In this document: piece after piece, positions 41,582 to 50,912 of the stretch
How the letters are laid out: each line of letters starts with the position of its first letter
How positions within the stretch are numbered: the first letter of the stretch is position 1
Made by a program: the position numbers and the translations under genes
Notes under the pieces: model-generated
Databases searched by the model: none
Told to the model about the DNA's origin: nothing
Seen by the model: the letters and a program-made list of their open reading frames with translations, nothing else
Source of the DNA: a virus
Lineage: Duplodnaviria; Caudoviricetes
Strand: one strand, 5' to 3'
IMG/VR virus record: IMGVR_UViG_3300033066_001295
Coordinates: 143,817-207,816 of that record
Length of the DNA: 64,000 bases

Positions 41582-42235
41582 CTACACAGTGTTTGCCGCA
41601 ACGCTTATGAAGCCATTTAGCTGGGCATTGCTGGATGCATGGTCATTAAAAGCTTCAATTCGTACAGCGGTTGCTGTTGATGTGATCTGAGTTCCCCTGT
41701 TAGAGACTGAAAGAGCACCCGTAGTGAAAATAGTGCCTGAAGCAGGGGTGGTGTACAGCACAGTCTCATTACCAGAGACAGTACCAACTACCCTGATGCC
41801 ACAATTACCACTGTCAGTTGTCTTGTAACATCTAGCGGCAGTGATAAACAACCCTGTGTACGCTAGAAGAGACGTGGCACGGTCATCAAGATAGCCTATG
41901 GTGACCGTCTTGGTAGGGGCAATGAGCACTTCTGGGATGCTAAAAACCAGACCAGTCCTCTGCCCAAGATAGTTGATAATACGGTCGAGGGCATCCGCAA
42001 TAAGCATGTCACGGTGAAACAAGTCACCTTCAATCCTCTGACGAATAAGGTAGTTCTGATAGTCGTGACCGTCTGTCTTTCGCAAGGACGAGTTGTCATC
42101 AGTAACTGGTGTTATTGATGGGTTTAGCTCACCACCGACAGCAACTGGCACACCTCCAAGTGTTTTGGAGGTTGAGTATGACTGCAACCAGATTGGTGGG
42201 TAAGCAGTGTCCAGAGCTATGATTTCGAGAGGCAT
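41582..42235 (-). CDS. virion structural protein
   Basis: N-terminus LDTAYP and GDLFHR parallel the 39687 protein (LDTSYP, GDSFHR). Confidence 0.5.
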   Translation of the reverse strand: MPLEIIALDTAYPPIWLQSYSTSKTLGGVPVAVGGELNPSITPVTDDNSSLRKTDGHDYQNYLIRQRIEGDLFHRDMLIADALDRIINYLGQRTGLVFSIPEVLIAPTKTVTIGYLDDRATSLLAYTGLFITAARCYKTTDSGNCGIRVVGTVSGNETVLYTTPASGTIFTTGALSVSNRGTQITSTATAVRIEAFNDHASSNAQLNGFISVAANTV

Positions 42236-42519
42236 CAGCGTGTAATAGTGATATACTTCTTACCAACCTTGACAGCAACGTCAGGACCAAGATTGACATC
42301 TGGCCACACCAGTTCTGATCTAGCTGGTATCTCAATACCTACGAGCAAACCATCTGCCTTCCGTATGTTGAGAGGTATCATCTGGTTCAGGTTGTTTTTC
42401 AGACGAATAACCGGGGTTGAAACTTTTTTTGGTGGCTTTATGTCAACAACCACGTTCTCAACAGGCTCAGGCCCCTGCTCGGCTATCTCTTCTGTTGATG
42501 TCTTTCTTTTGTTGCTCAT
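42235..42519 (-). CDS. hypothetical protein
   Basis: 94-aa ORF. Confidence 0.5.
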   Translation of the reverse strand: MSNKRKTSTEEIAEQGPEPVENVVVDIKPPKKVSTPVIRLKNNLNQMIPLNIRKADGLLVGIEIPARSELVWPDVNLGPDVAVKVGKKYITITR

Positions 42520-42546
42520 GGTAGAAGCCTATTTATAGTTACACTT

Positions 42547-43149
42547 ATGAATTTGAATTCTCTCAGTGACAAAATTGATCCTATCCATGGGGAAGTAGCA
42601 GTCAAGCCTTTTGATAGAAATGGCTGCCCCCTAAAGGACCCTTTCAGCATATTTCAATACCCATCTGAGGCTAAGAACCAAGTTGAGAGTATTGAGGGGT
42701 ACCTTGAGCTTAAAGGAAACCTCGTTGTCAATCTTGGCAGGCAAACTATAGCTTACCTCATCGGTGGAAGGGATTACAGCAGTGTCACACCAAATAACAA
42801 CTGGATTGTGACAAAAGTATCGTGGGGTATCGGTGAAGAAGCTCCACGGTTTACTGACACGTCACTATCACCCCAAGCTGTAACAGGTGAGACATCAGGA
42901 GGTGAAAATGAGATCATCTATGACATCGACAACGGGTTCAAAAAGAAAAACCTGTCATCAACTGACTGGCCATCACCATTTCTGGTGAGATTTGAGGCAG
43001 TTCTTGGTGCTGATGAGGCAGTCGGTTACCTCATCCGTGAAATGGGCCTCTGGACATCCAACAATACTCTGTTTGCAAGGAAGGTGTTTCCCGCCATCAA
43101 CAAGAGTGGTGACTTCGGTCTGTCGTTCCTTTGGAGAGCCAGATGCTGA
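42547..43149 (+). CDS. tail-collar/baseplate fibre-attachment protein
   Basis: NLVVNLGR..IREMGLWTSNNTLFARKVFPAINK. Confidence 0.65.
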   Translation: MNLNSLSDKIDPIHGEVAVKPFDRNGCPLKDPFSIFQYPSEAKNQVESIEGYLELKGNLVVNLGRQTIAYLIGGRDYSSVTPNNNWIVTKVSWGIGEEAPRFTDTSLSPQAVTGETSGGENEIIYDIDNGFKKKNLSSTDWPSPFLVRFEAVLGADEAVGYLIREMGLWTSNNTLFARKVFPAINKSGDFGLSFLWRARC

Positions 43150-43196
43150 ATAAGGGCATATAAACTACTTGCTTCGGTCTTAGTATCATAGTAGGT

Positions 43197-44354
43197 ATGT
43201 GTGTGAATATACATACCTGTACTCAAAAAAGAAGACCAGTAACTGCCGTCACATTTAACTCAATAGACAAGTTACAGACAACCCATCAAAGGCTAACGGA
43301 CTTGATGGGCATAAGGAAGGGCTGCGTTCAGGGCCTAAAGTTGACAGTAAGTGGCAATCACGCCATCAACTTGCTAAGACTTCTTGAGCATAAAATACCC
43401 TCAGAGTTTGAAAACTGGGTGCCTAAACAGGACCCAACAAAGTATCTTCGTCTGCCAGACTCCCACTTCATTCAAGAAGCTCAAAAGTACCGAGAACGTC
43501 ACGAGTGGAAAAAGAAATCAGGTTGGAGCTACCAACACGTCCATAGCCATCGCCGCCACCTTCTCCCACAATGCACGGCACACATGGCAGCAGCCATCAA
43601 CCCGTTCTCAGATGGCTACCAAGTCTATGCCTACGAATTTGAGGACAAGTCAGCCTATGTAGGCATCACCTGTGCTCCGCACAAACGCCGCCAACAGCAC
43701 CAAGAACGTGGCACCGTAGCTGAAAAAAGAAAGACCACCCCGTCTAACTTGTTAGAAGTTGCTAGTGGCCTGCCAGCAAACCAAGCAGCCAAAAAAGAAG
43801 AAGAAACCATCCAGCATTACAAGTCTAATGGGTGGACCCTGCTCAACAAAGAAAAAGGCGGCAGTCTTGGGCAAATACGAAGCAAGTACACCTATGACAG
43901 GGTGCTGGAAATTGCCCGCCCCTGTAGCACCAAGTTCAATTTCTTGAAGACGCGACCAGAAGTATTTCAAGCAGCTTCAAAGTATGGCTACCTTCGTCGT
44001 CTCGAAAAAGACCTTCAATGGCCTGAAAACGCCAACAGAAAGTGGGCCTATAACATGTGCCTAGAAAGTGCCAAACAGCACAAGTATATTACAGACTGGT
44101 TGGAAGCAGACCAACAAGCCTACCACGCTGCCCAGTCTAACGGCTGGATGCCTAAGCTCAAAAAAGAACATTTTACAGTGACTAAACAGGGCATGAAACT
44201 AAAATGGAACCCAGTTACCTGCCTCGAACGTGCCAAACAATTCACCCATAGAAGTGACTGGCAATACCTCTGCCGCGACGGCTCCTACATAGCAGCACGA
44301 AAGAAAGGGTGGCTACAGGAAATAGCTGATAAGGCGTTTGCACCAACTATCTAG
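43197..44354 (+). CDS. GIY-YIG homing endonuclease with C-terminal repeats
   Basis: VYAYEFEDKSAYVGIT..RRQQH..E..LLN; repeated KW..C.E.AK...W...AY.AA...GW. Confidence 0.8.
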   Translation: MCVNIHTCTQKRRPVTAVTFNSIDKLQTTHQRLTDLMGIRKGCVQGLKLTVSGNHAINLLRLLEHKIPSEFENWVPKQDPTKYLRLPDSHFIQEAQKYRERHEWKKKSGWSYQHVHSHRRHLLPQCTAHMAAAINPFSDGYQVYAYEFEDKSAYVGITCAPHKRRQQHQERGTVAEKRKTTPSNLLEVASGLPANQAAKKEEETIQHYKSNGWTLLNKEKGGSLGQIRSKYTYDRVLEIARPCSTKFNFLKTRPEVFQAASKYGYLRRLEKDLQWPENANRKWAYNMCLESAKQHKYITDWLEADQQAYHAAQSNGWMPKLKKEHFTVTKQGMKLKWNPVTCLERAKQFTHRSDWQYLCRDGSYIAARKKGWLQEIADKAFAPTI

Positions 44355-44375
44355 CCGACACTTGCGGTGTCTGCC

Positions 44376-44588
44376 TCATTTCGACTCTAGTGCCTTCAAC
44401 TCCCCATCAACTAGGGTAATATATGCCTCCACCTTAGCTGCGTTTTCAGCATTAGCTTTGGCTTGTTCATCAAAACCAGCAATCCTCATATTTTTTGCCC
44501 GAAAACGGAGCATGAACAAGCTTTCCTTGTTGACTTTAAGTTCCTCTCTTAGAAGGACTTCTGCATTGGATGGGATGGTTTCGTTCAT
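44376..44588 (-). CDS. small coiled-coil protein (fibre chaperone candidate)
   Basis: Downstream of the fibre gene. Confidence 0.4.
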   Translation of the reverse strand: MNETIPSNAEVLLREELKVNKESLFMLRFRAKNMRIAGFDEQAKANAENAAKVEAYITLVDGELKALESK

Positions 44589-44842
44589 TGTTGGTTAAGT
44601 TGAGATTCAATGGTGGCAATCACAGCAAGTCGCTGCTCATAGGGTAGCGAAACGGCAGCAGCAGCGAGCCGTTTTACGGAGGCGTCAAATGCTGCATTAA
44701 CATAGGACTCTATTTGTGCATTCAGGCTACGAGTCAGGTATTGATCTGCGGAGAGTTTGTCACCGCTATTTTCATTGTGTTCCGAAACGACTGCGGCGAG
44801 CACAGTTTCCTGTTCGGAGTTTAGATTTAGAATGATGGTCAT
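44585..44842 (-). CDS. small protein (fibre chaperone candidate)
   Basis: Downstream of the fibre gene. Confidence 0.45.
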   Translation of the reverse strand: MTIILNLNSEQETVLAAVVSEHNENSGDKLSADQYLTRSLNAQIESYVNAAFDASVKRLAAAAVSLPYEQRLAVIATIESQLNQQ

Positions 44843-44846
44843 GGGA

Positions 44847-46010
44847 TTATAAACATGGTATTTTCACGCTAACACCAGCAATGGAAACCGTTATTGTTTT
44901 GTCCGGTATGATAGTCTCAGTTGTGGTTGCAAGCATAGCAAAGTCGATGCCTCCAGCAGTGGAAATCTTGATTGCCGCAGAATCTCCTACTTCGAGATGC
45001 ATCGCGCGTGTTGATCCGCCGCCGCTACCCTTGCTGGTTCCAATTCGACATACATTTGACGTTCCTACCCAATCAATCTTGAATCGCTCAAAATTGGTTG
45101 TCGATGTCCATGTATTTGCAATGGACAGTATTTGTGCAGTTGTTCCATTTCTCGAAATCAGATGACCGGCTGCCTCCCTTTTCAGTATAACATCAGCAGT
45201 GTCATAAGAGTTGACTGTAGATGACCAGCTTAGTTGGCGAGCACTGCCGAGAGCGATTCCAGCCACGTCATTGTCGATGGAAAAAGTGTTTGATATTGAA
45301 GCCAACTTACCAAGCGAAATAATATTCGCCCCTCCTATCTTTTCCACGCTGAAAATCCTTGTTGTTCCGGCTGCTCCGCCATAGACGCCGAAATATTCCT
45401 CTGATAAAGCCGAACTTGTATCTGTAAATGAAAATTTTACACCTGAGTAAGAAACGCCTGCGCCTCCAGTCCATGTTTGAGTTACTGATAAAGGCGGAGC
45501 GGAAACAGCGGATGAACCAGCAGTTATTGCCAATGCCCCAGTCATCGTATCACCAGTCAGACGAACATGACTCACCCATGCCGCTCCACTATAAGACTGG
45601 AAGCGGCCAAGATCGGTATCGAAGACGATCATCCCTGCCGCAGCGGTCAATGCGCCCTTTTGCGCCGTGGTCAGATTGTTCATGCGGATACCCGCATGAG
45701 TAGTACCTGAAAAACTAAGAAGACCAGTAAGTGTATTTGACCCTAATGATGCGTAGTTAGTACTATAACTAAAACTTCCCGACCCGTTATTAACTAATAC
45801 ACCGGCAGAGTTTGATAACCCAGATATGGATGTAAGAATATCTGACAGTGGCTGCTTAATAGCAGCTACCGCTGCTGCTGAACCAGCAGCGTCAAAAGAA
45901 TCAGACGAAGCTACTGCTGCTGACCCGAGACCCAACTCAGACCTTGCTGCCGCCTTATTGGCAGAGCACAAAAAAGCGTCTATATCTGAAGATATTATGA
46001 GGTTAGACAT
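44847..46010 (-). CDS. tail fibre protein
   Basis: AARSELGLGSAA, LTGDTMTGAL, G/S/T-rich. Confidence 0.65.
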   Translation of the reverse strand: MSNLIISSDIDAFLCSANKAAARSELGLGSAAVASSDSFDAAGSAAAVAAIKQPLSDILTSISGLSNSAGVLVNNGSGSFSYSTNYASLGSNTLTGLLSFSGTTHAGIRMNNLTTAQKGALTAAAGMIVFDTDLGRFQSYSGAAWVSHVRLTGDTMTGALAITAGSSAVSAPPLSVTQTWTGGAGVSYSGVKFSFTDTSSALSEEYFGVYGGAAGTTRIFSVEKIGGANIISLGKLASISNTFSIDNDVAGIALGSARQLSWSSTVNSYDTADVILKREAAGHLISRNGTTAQILSIANTWTSTTNFERFKIDWVGTSNVCRIGTSKGSGGGSTRAMHLEVGDSAAIKISTAGGIDFAMLATTTETIIPDKTITVSIAGVSVKIPCL

Positions 46011-46011
46011 A

Positions 46012-46155
46012 TTATGGTCTTACGAAGCTACTGACGCCATCTGGTCTGAAGTAGTGACTACTACCATCAGGTCTTAAATAAGTTATAATTATGTTGGAAG
46101 CAAACCTGAGAGTGCCAATGTATAAACCACCAAACGCCTTTCTAAACCGGAACAT
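46012..46155 (-). CDS. 47-aa microprotein with YxRPDG repeats
   Basis: MFRFRKAFGGLYIGTLRFASNIIITYLRPDGSSHYFRPDGVSSFVRP fills the intergenic gap. Confidence 0.55.
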   Translation of the reverse strand: MFRFRKAFGGLYIGTLRFASNIIITYLRPDGSSHYFRPDGVSSFVRP

Positions 46156-46157
46156 AA

Positions 46158-46910
46158 CTAAACCTCCTTGCAGGTGTATCCTTTACCCGTAGCTGAGCAG
46201 ATCAGATTGAGGGCACGCTTATCAACAAAAGTTGGCTCATAGGCTAAACCAGAACCTACTTTTATACTCGGCTGACCAGACACAGCAGATGATGAAAAAT
46301 TGAGCCACATGTCAGTGTCTGACACATTCTGGAAGAACAGGTAGCTACGATCAGGATTGACATCAATAACCCTGCGACTAAGGCCACTAACAGAGGTAGT
46401 CCCACTGTGATCAATGAGACCAGAAGTGCTACCCATCACTGTAGATATGCTGGTATCCCAGTGTGATTGGCCGAGAGTCTCCCTTGTATAGTCCTTTTGT
46501 GGCTTGAGCAACACTTGTGGGTCACTACTGGCGACACCGGAGATCATCAATTTACCTCCGACTACTTTTGGATTGTCCTCAGTGATAGATGTCACCACAA
46601 ACTGAAGGGCGTTGTAGTCTTTCAGAGTTAGCTTGACATAAACCTCACCACCGGCAACAACAGTGTAGGTTTGACCATCTATATCTGAAAAGACACTTAC
46701 TGAGGTGATGTCTGTGTCAATAACACCACTCTGAAGCTTGAATGACACAGAGTTGTCACCCATGTTCTTAACAATGGCATCAAATATAACAGATGGCCTG
46801 CTGGTGCTTCTGCCGGAAGGGAAGTAAATCTGGATGAACTCAAAAGGGTCATCAGATGCCCTTTTTGTAACAGACACGTGCTCCCTGAATGGATATGAGT
46901 TGAAAAGCAT
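46158..46910 (-). CDS. virion structural protein
   Basis: NPDRSYLFFQNVSDTDMWLNF beta-rich domain; TATCTATT upstream. Confidence 0.55.
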   Translation of the reverse strand: MLFNSYPFREHVSVTKRASDDPFEFIQIYFPSGRSTSRPSVIFDAIVKNMGDNSVSFKLQSGVIDTDITSVSVFSDIDGQTYTVVAGGEVYVKLTLKDYNALQFVVTSITEDNPKVVGGKLMISGVASSDPQVLLKPQKDYTRETLGQSHWDTSISTVMGSTSGLIDHSGTTSVSGLSRRVIDVNPDRSYLFFQNVSDTDMWLNFSSSAVSGQPSIKVGSGLAYEPTFVDKRALNLICSATGKGYTCKEV

Positions 46911-46922
46911 AAAAATAGATAC

Positions 46923-47231
46923 TCAGGTGGGCCACACCACACTTACCAAGTTATCACCTTCGTCCTCTGTGTATTCAATGACAGGCGGACCAGACTCCCT
47001 CACTTTGGAGGAGTACCTCCTGAGTGCTTCGCCGCTTAACTTAACAACAGAATGCCCTTGTTGGATTAAAAGGCATGATATGATATGTCTCATCAAGGTG
47101 AGGTCCTTCATCATAGAGTCTCTCTCACTTGTAATTAGCACCCTCAAGAGACTCACCTTGTCTGAGTCTGGTAGGTTGCTGTCTAGGATAGCTGAAAACC
47201 TAGCATTATCTGTCTCCGAAGGAACACGCAT
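46923..47231 (-). CDS. hypothetical protein
   Basis: 102-aa ORF. Confidence 0.5.
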   Translation of the reverse strand: MRVPSETDNARFSAILDSNLPDSDKVSLLRVLITSERDSMMKDLTLMRHIISCLLIQQGHSVVKLSGEALRRYSSKVRESGPPVIEYTEDEGDNLVSVVWPT

Positions 47232-47260
47232 CCAAAATGCTAAGCTACAGCTTTACACAA

Positions 47261-47461
47261 TCAATCAAAAAGACTGGTAAACTTGGGTGGTGATTCAGAT
47301 ATGCCACCTGAACCCTTGGATAGGCCTCGTGGTAACTCTGTTATAGTCTGAAATCTGCCGTCAAAACTATGACCACCTTTCTTGGTAACAGACCAGTTGC
47401 CATTTTTTCGCCTCACCTTGAATCCAAGAGGAGCATCTTCAGGCTGTTTTGGGAGAATCAT
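47261..47461 (-). CDS. small protein ending FTSLFD
   Basis: 66-aa ORF. Confidence 0.45.
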   Translation of the reverse strand: MILPKQPEDAPLGFKVRRKNGNWSVTKKGGHSFDGRFQTITELPRGLSKGSGGISESPPKFTSLFD

Positions 47462-48087
47462 TTGATGTACTTGGCACCATCAATAATTCTGTAGCTGACA
47501 ACGGCAGAAAAGTTGGTGGCTGAAGCTTTTGGGTCAATGAGTCTGGCTGCCGCCACGGTAAGGTCAATGGCATGAGCCAGACTTCCGGTACGTGTTGCCT
47601 GTTTTCCGGGACCGAGATCAATTACACCCTGATTTGGACGTATCAGCTTACCATTAGCCGTTACTTCAACCATGGTATGCCAAGGGAGACGTGGAATAGG
47701 TGAGCCATCAAGTGCCCTGTGTTCCGCTGCTGACATGCCCGGAAACTGCCTGCCATCCATGGGCAGGCTGACAGCCTGAACGAGGGGGTTGGTTTTTGTG
47801 CTCATACCACTGGCTGTATCACCATTGTCCTGTGGGTCACTGCTGCCACCAAAACAGGTGGCTTTGACATTCTCCACTACAATGTCGTCGCCATCAATAC
47901 GGGCGGTAAAAGGCCATGTTCCATCGCCTTTGAGCACCTTTCCATCAGTCTTTGCTGGTGGAGGGAAAGACTGAACGTACAAGTCAACAATGCCTTCGAG
48001 CTTGTCCAGAGTCTTTGGACCTATCACCCCGTCATCTACCAATCCAAGTTTCTTTTGAATGGATGCGATGCGGAGTTGCGTGCTCAT
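47458..48087 (-). CDS. endolysin: PG-binding domain plus DPBB/3D-like lytic transglycosylase
   Basis: IQKKLGLVDDGVIGPKT; ATCFGG..TASG..VIDLGP..IDLTVAAA. Confidence 0.7.
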   Translation of the reverse strand: MSTQLRIASIQKKLGLVDDGVIGPKTLDKLEGIVDLYVQSFPPPAKTDGKVLKGDGTWPFTARIDGDDIVVENVKATCFGGSSDPQDNGDTASGMSTKTNPLVQAVSLPMDGRQFPGMSAAEHRALDGSPIPRLPWHTMVEVTANGKLIRPNQGVIDLGPGKQATRTGSLAHAIDLTVAAARLIDPKASATNFSAVVSYRIIDGAKYIK

Positions 48088-49088
48088 GCAGGTAGTCGTC
48101 GTTTCAGTTTCTTCTCAAAGAGGTCTGGCCTGTTATGCTTCCGTGTAAGGGAAAGCTTCAGGGCCTCTTCAATAGATACATCCGCGATTTCTACATCACC
48201 CAAAGACACAACATCGGCACGCCTCATGATAGACTTACAGCCAGTCTCCTCAATTGCCTCAGCCTCCTCACGTGTGTCACACTCAACAGTGTTGAAGTCT
48301 GCCTCCTTAGCATCAAGAGTAAAGGTATCGACGTTATCCCACCTTTTGTGCTTTGGCATACCAACTACAGGAACAGTATCAACAACCCAGCTACCACTTT
48401 CGTCAGAAAGTGTTATAAACCTCTTGTCCTCACCTGCCTCACCCTCGTCTATCTCATAAGGTGATCCGATATACCACACATTTCTTGCCAAAGCTTGTGG
48501 TCTATGGTAATGCCCGAGGAAAACAGCACCAACCTCATCAAATCTCAAGTCACCAAGACTCAAGCCACCCTTCGACTTAACACCTTGGGCCAAAGTAGAG
48601 CCTTCCACGCCTTGATGCACCACCATTACAGAAAACTCATCAGCCCTAAATTCAAGAGCAGAGGACCACTGGCGAAAGGCTTGTAGGTCGGTGGTGAATG
48701 GGTGGATGTAAAGGCGAAGGTCCTCTCCAAGAGGTATATCACATGGTGAATCAATAACCCTTACGTTAGACATACCATTGAACATGCTCAAACTATGGAT
48801 TGCCCCACTACGCAAGAACTGGTCGTGGTTACCAATGTTGAGTATAACAGGCACATCAGAGTGTTTTTGAAACACCTCACAGGTAGCATGGATAACTTCA
48901 ATACTCAGATGTTTCCTGTCATGGAACAAGTCACCGTTTATAACAAGAACTCCTCCTTTGGCCAAAACAAAAGCCTGCTCAAGGCAATCAAGACCATTCT
49001 GGAGTCTTGAGTTTCTACCATTTGGCAACACTCTTGACCATTTCTGGTGTTCGTGAATCTGCAAATCTGCTGTAAAAACTAAGCGCAT
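48084..49088 (-). CDS. gp47/SbcD/Mre11-like nuclease
   Basis: FTADLQI, INGDLFH, IGNHD, VVHQ, FLGHYHRPQ, YIGSPY. Confidence 0.9.
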   Translation of the reverse strand: MRLVFTADLQIHEHQKWSRVLPNGRNSRLQNGLDCLEQAFVLAKGGVLVINGDLFHDRKHLSIEVIHATCEVFQKHSDVPVILNIGNHDQFLRSGAIHSLSMFNGMSNVRVIDSPCDIPLGEDLRLYIHPFTTDLQAFRQWSSALEFRADEFSVMVVHQGVEGSTLAQGVKSKGGLSLGDLRFDEVGAVFLGHYHRPQALARNVWYIGSPYEIDEGEAGEDKRFITLSDESGSWVVDTVPVVGMPKHKRWDNVDTFTLDAKEADFNTVECDTREEAEAIEETGCKSIMRRADVVSLGDVEIADVSIEEALKLSLTRKHNRPDLFEKKLKRRLPA

Positions 49089-49090
49089 GG

Positions 49091-50545
49091 TTATTCGTCG
49101 TCGTCAGCAGCTTTGGCGTCCTTAACGGCCTGAACCTTGCTAAGAAACTTATTGTTGCCTCCACCGCTCTTTCTCATCTTCTTCATGTCCTCTTCAAACT
49201 CAATCTGGGACACACCAAGACTGGTGAGCTTCATAAGCGGGTAGTCAACCTTGCACTCCACCTGCTTATCACCAGCGTCATTACGGGCGGCAACCATGGC
49301 CAGCCTAAGCCTGCCATTAGCCTTCTCCTCTTCCGTCTGACAGGCAGCTATAACAAGGTCGGCTACACCCACACGCTCAAATGACTTTGACATGTGATTC
49401 ATGGAAAGGTAGGGCTTGCCTACAGCCTCCCTAGTAGCACGACAGGCAGTCCAGATAGGTATGTCATACTCAATAGCAACATCACGGAGGTCCTCACAGA
49501 TGAGAGCAGCGTCGTCCCAACTGTCTTTTTTATTCTTGGATTCGGACGACTTTGTAAGATCGAGGTAATCAACGATCATCTCACCAAACTGGATGTTATG
49601 CTCATCATACATCCTGTCGAGGTAAGCCCTGAAGGTATCACAGGTAGCCTGCTTTGACTTGAACCCCTTGATGAAGAGTTTGCTGTTGGCACAAACTGAA
49701 CCCATCATGGTTTGAAGCCGGTTGGCATAAGCTTCAGGGTCACGAATCATCTCATCACGAGTCATCAGAGAGCACCTACGGTCAAACCTAGAACCTACCA
49801 GACGCTCAGAAAGCTCCAAAGTGAAGTAAATCACATTGGTACCCTTTGTCGGTGTATTCTGATATAGATAGGGTGACATAGCACCATAGGCGAAGTTGAG
49901 CATGGTGCCACTCTTGAAGCCTTTTGGGACAGCTAGGATGATACCAAGCTCACCACCTTTAAGACCACCACCAATCTCCTTGTCAAAGTGGTACAGCCCG
50001 GTTGGAACACGTGAAGTTTGCGACTCATTGGCATCTTCAGAGATACGTGGGTACACGTCTTCATGCCAAGCAAGACCGGGTGAAAAAGCCTTGTCACCTT
50101 TGGAGAGTGCAAGCCTAGCTTTCTTCGGAAGATCAGTATCAAACTCGTTCTTTTTCAGGCCCTCATAGGCCATGTAAACGAAGTCCTTCATGGAACACCA
50201 CCTGATGAACTCACGAATCCTCTTGTCTATGTAATCTGCATCGGAAATATCAAGTTCAAGAAGACTTTCAAGCCTTTCCTGACAAGCTGTCTTTTTCCTC
50301 TTGTTATCCTCTGTGTCCTCAATGAATCCCTGACTTATCAGTTCAAGAACAACTTCCCGTGACGGGTTCTTCTTATGCTTCTTGTAATACTCCACATAGT
50401 AGGAGTACAAAGTGCCATTTATGGAGGACTCAAAGTAGGCTGCTGACAGGCTGCTTTCATAGGTAGCCAAAGCCCCCTTCGCCCTTGCCAGATATGCCAG
50501 CACCAATGTTTGAAACTCATCATGAAAGGGGAATGATTCAGCCAT
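49091..50545 (-). CDS. gp41/DnaB-like replicative helicase
   Basis: VPTG..DKEIGGGLKGGELGII..GFKS, YFTLELSE, IVDYLD, LRDVAIEYDIPIWTA. Confidence 0.9.
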   Translation of the reverse strand: MAESFPFHDEFQTLVLAYLARAKGALATYESSLSAAYFESSINGTLYSYYVEYYKKHKKNPSREVVLELISQGFIEDTEDNKRKKTACQERLESLLELDISDADYIDKRIREFIRWCSMKDFVYMAYEGLKKNEFDTDLPKKARLALSKGDKAFSPGLAWHEDVYPRISEDANESQTSRVPTGLYHFDKEIGGGLKGGELGIILAVPKGFKSGTMLNFAYGAMSPYLYQNTPTKGTNVIYFTLELSERLVGSRFDRRCSLMTRDEMIRDPEAYANRLQTMMGSVCANSKLFIKGFKSKQATCDTFRAYLDRMYDEHNIQFGEMIVDYLDLTKSSESKNKKDSWDDAALICEDLRDVAIEYDIPIWTACRATREAVGKPYLSMNHMSKSFERVGVADLVIAACQTEEEKANGRLRLAMVAARNDAGDKQVECKVDYPLMKLTSLGVSQIEFEEDMKKMRKSGGGNNKFLSKVQAVKDAKAADDDE

Positions 50546-50912
50546 ACTTCGTTACAACATAGACAAAGAGTTCTTTTCCAGAGATAGCTTTGGGCAGCAT
50601 GGACAGGTCTTCACCCTCTTGATTAAAATTGACACCATGGAAGCAGCAGGTCTGCTTTCTTGGAATCCACCCAATCTGGACATCTTGGTACAACACCTTT
50701 ATGGCCTTCGGGTCAAACTTATTTTCGGTATCGTGTTCCAAAACCAAAACGTCATCCAGAACAAGGTCCTCTGACACACCTTGGTGTTTCATACCAATGA
50801 TAGGAATACGTGTCACCTCTATTTCAGGAGGTTCGATGTGATACATCTCAGCATTCAGCCACTTGTCATACCATTCAGCCGCACTACGGCTGAAGCGTGT
50901 CGTTATAGTCAT
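50538..50912 (-). CDS. HIRAN domain protein
   Basis: IIGMKH..LVLEHDTENKFDPKAIKV..QIGWIPR. Confidence 0.8.
   Translation of the reverse strand: MTITTRFSRSAAEWYDKWLNAEMYHIEPPEIEVTRIPIIGMKHQGVSEDLVLDDVLVLEHDTENKFDPKAIKVLYQDVQIGWIPRKQTCCFHGVNFNQEGEDLSMLPKAISGKELFVYVVTKYG

Noticed and set aside
49900-49960. Inactive helicase because Walker A reads AVPKGFKS
   Set aside because: Lys-Ser and the other DnaB motifs are retained; likely a natural variant
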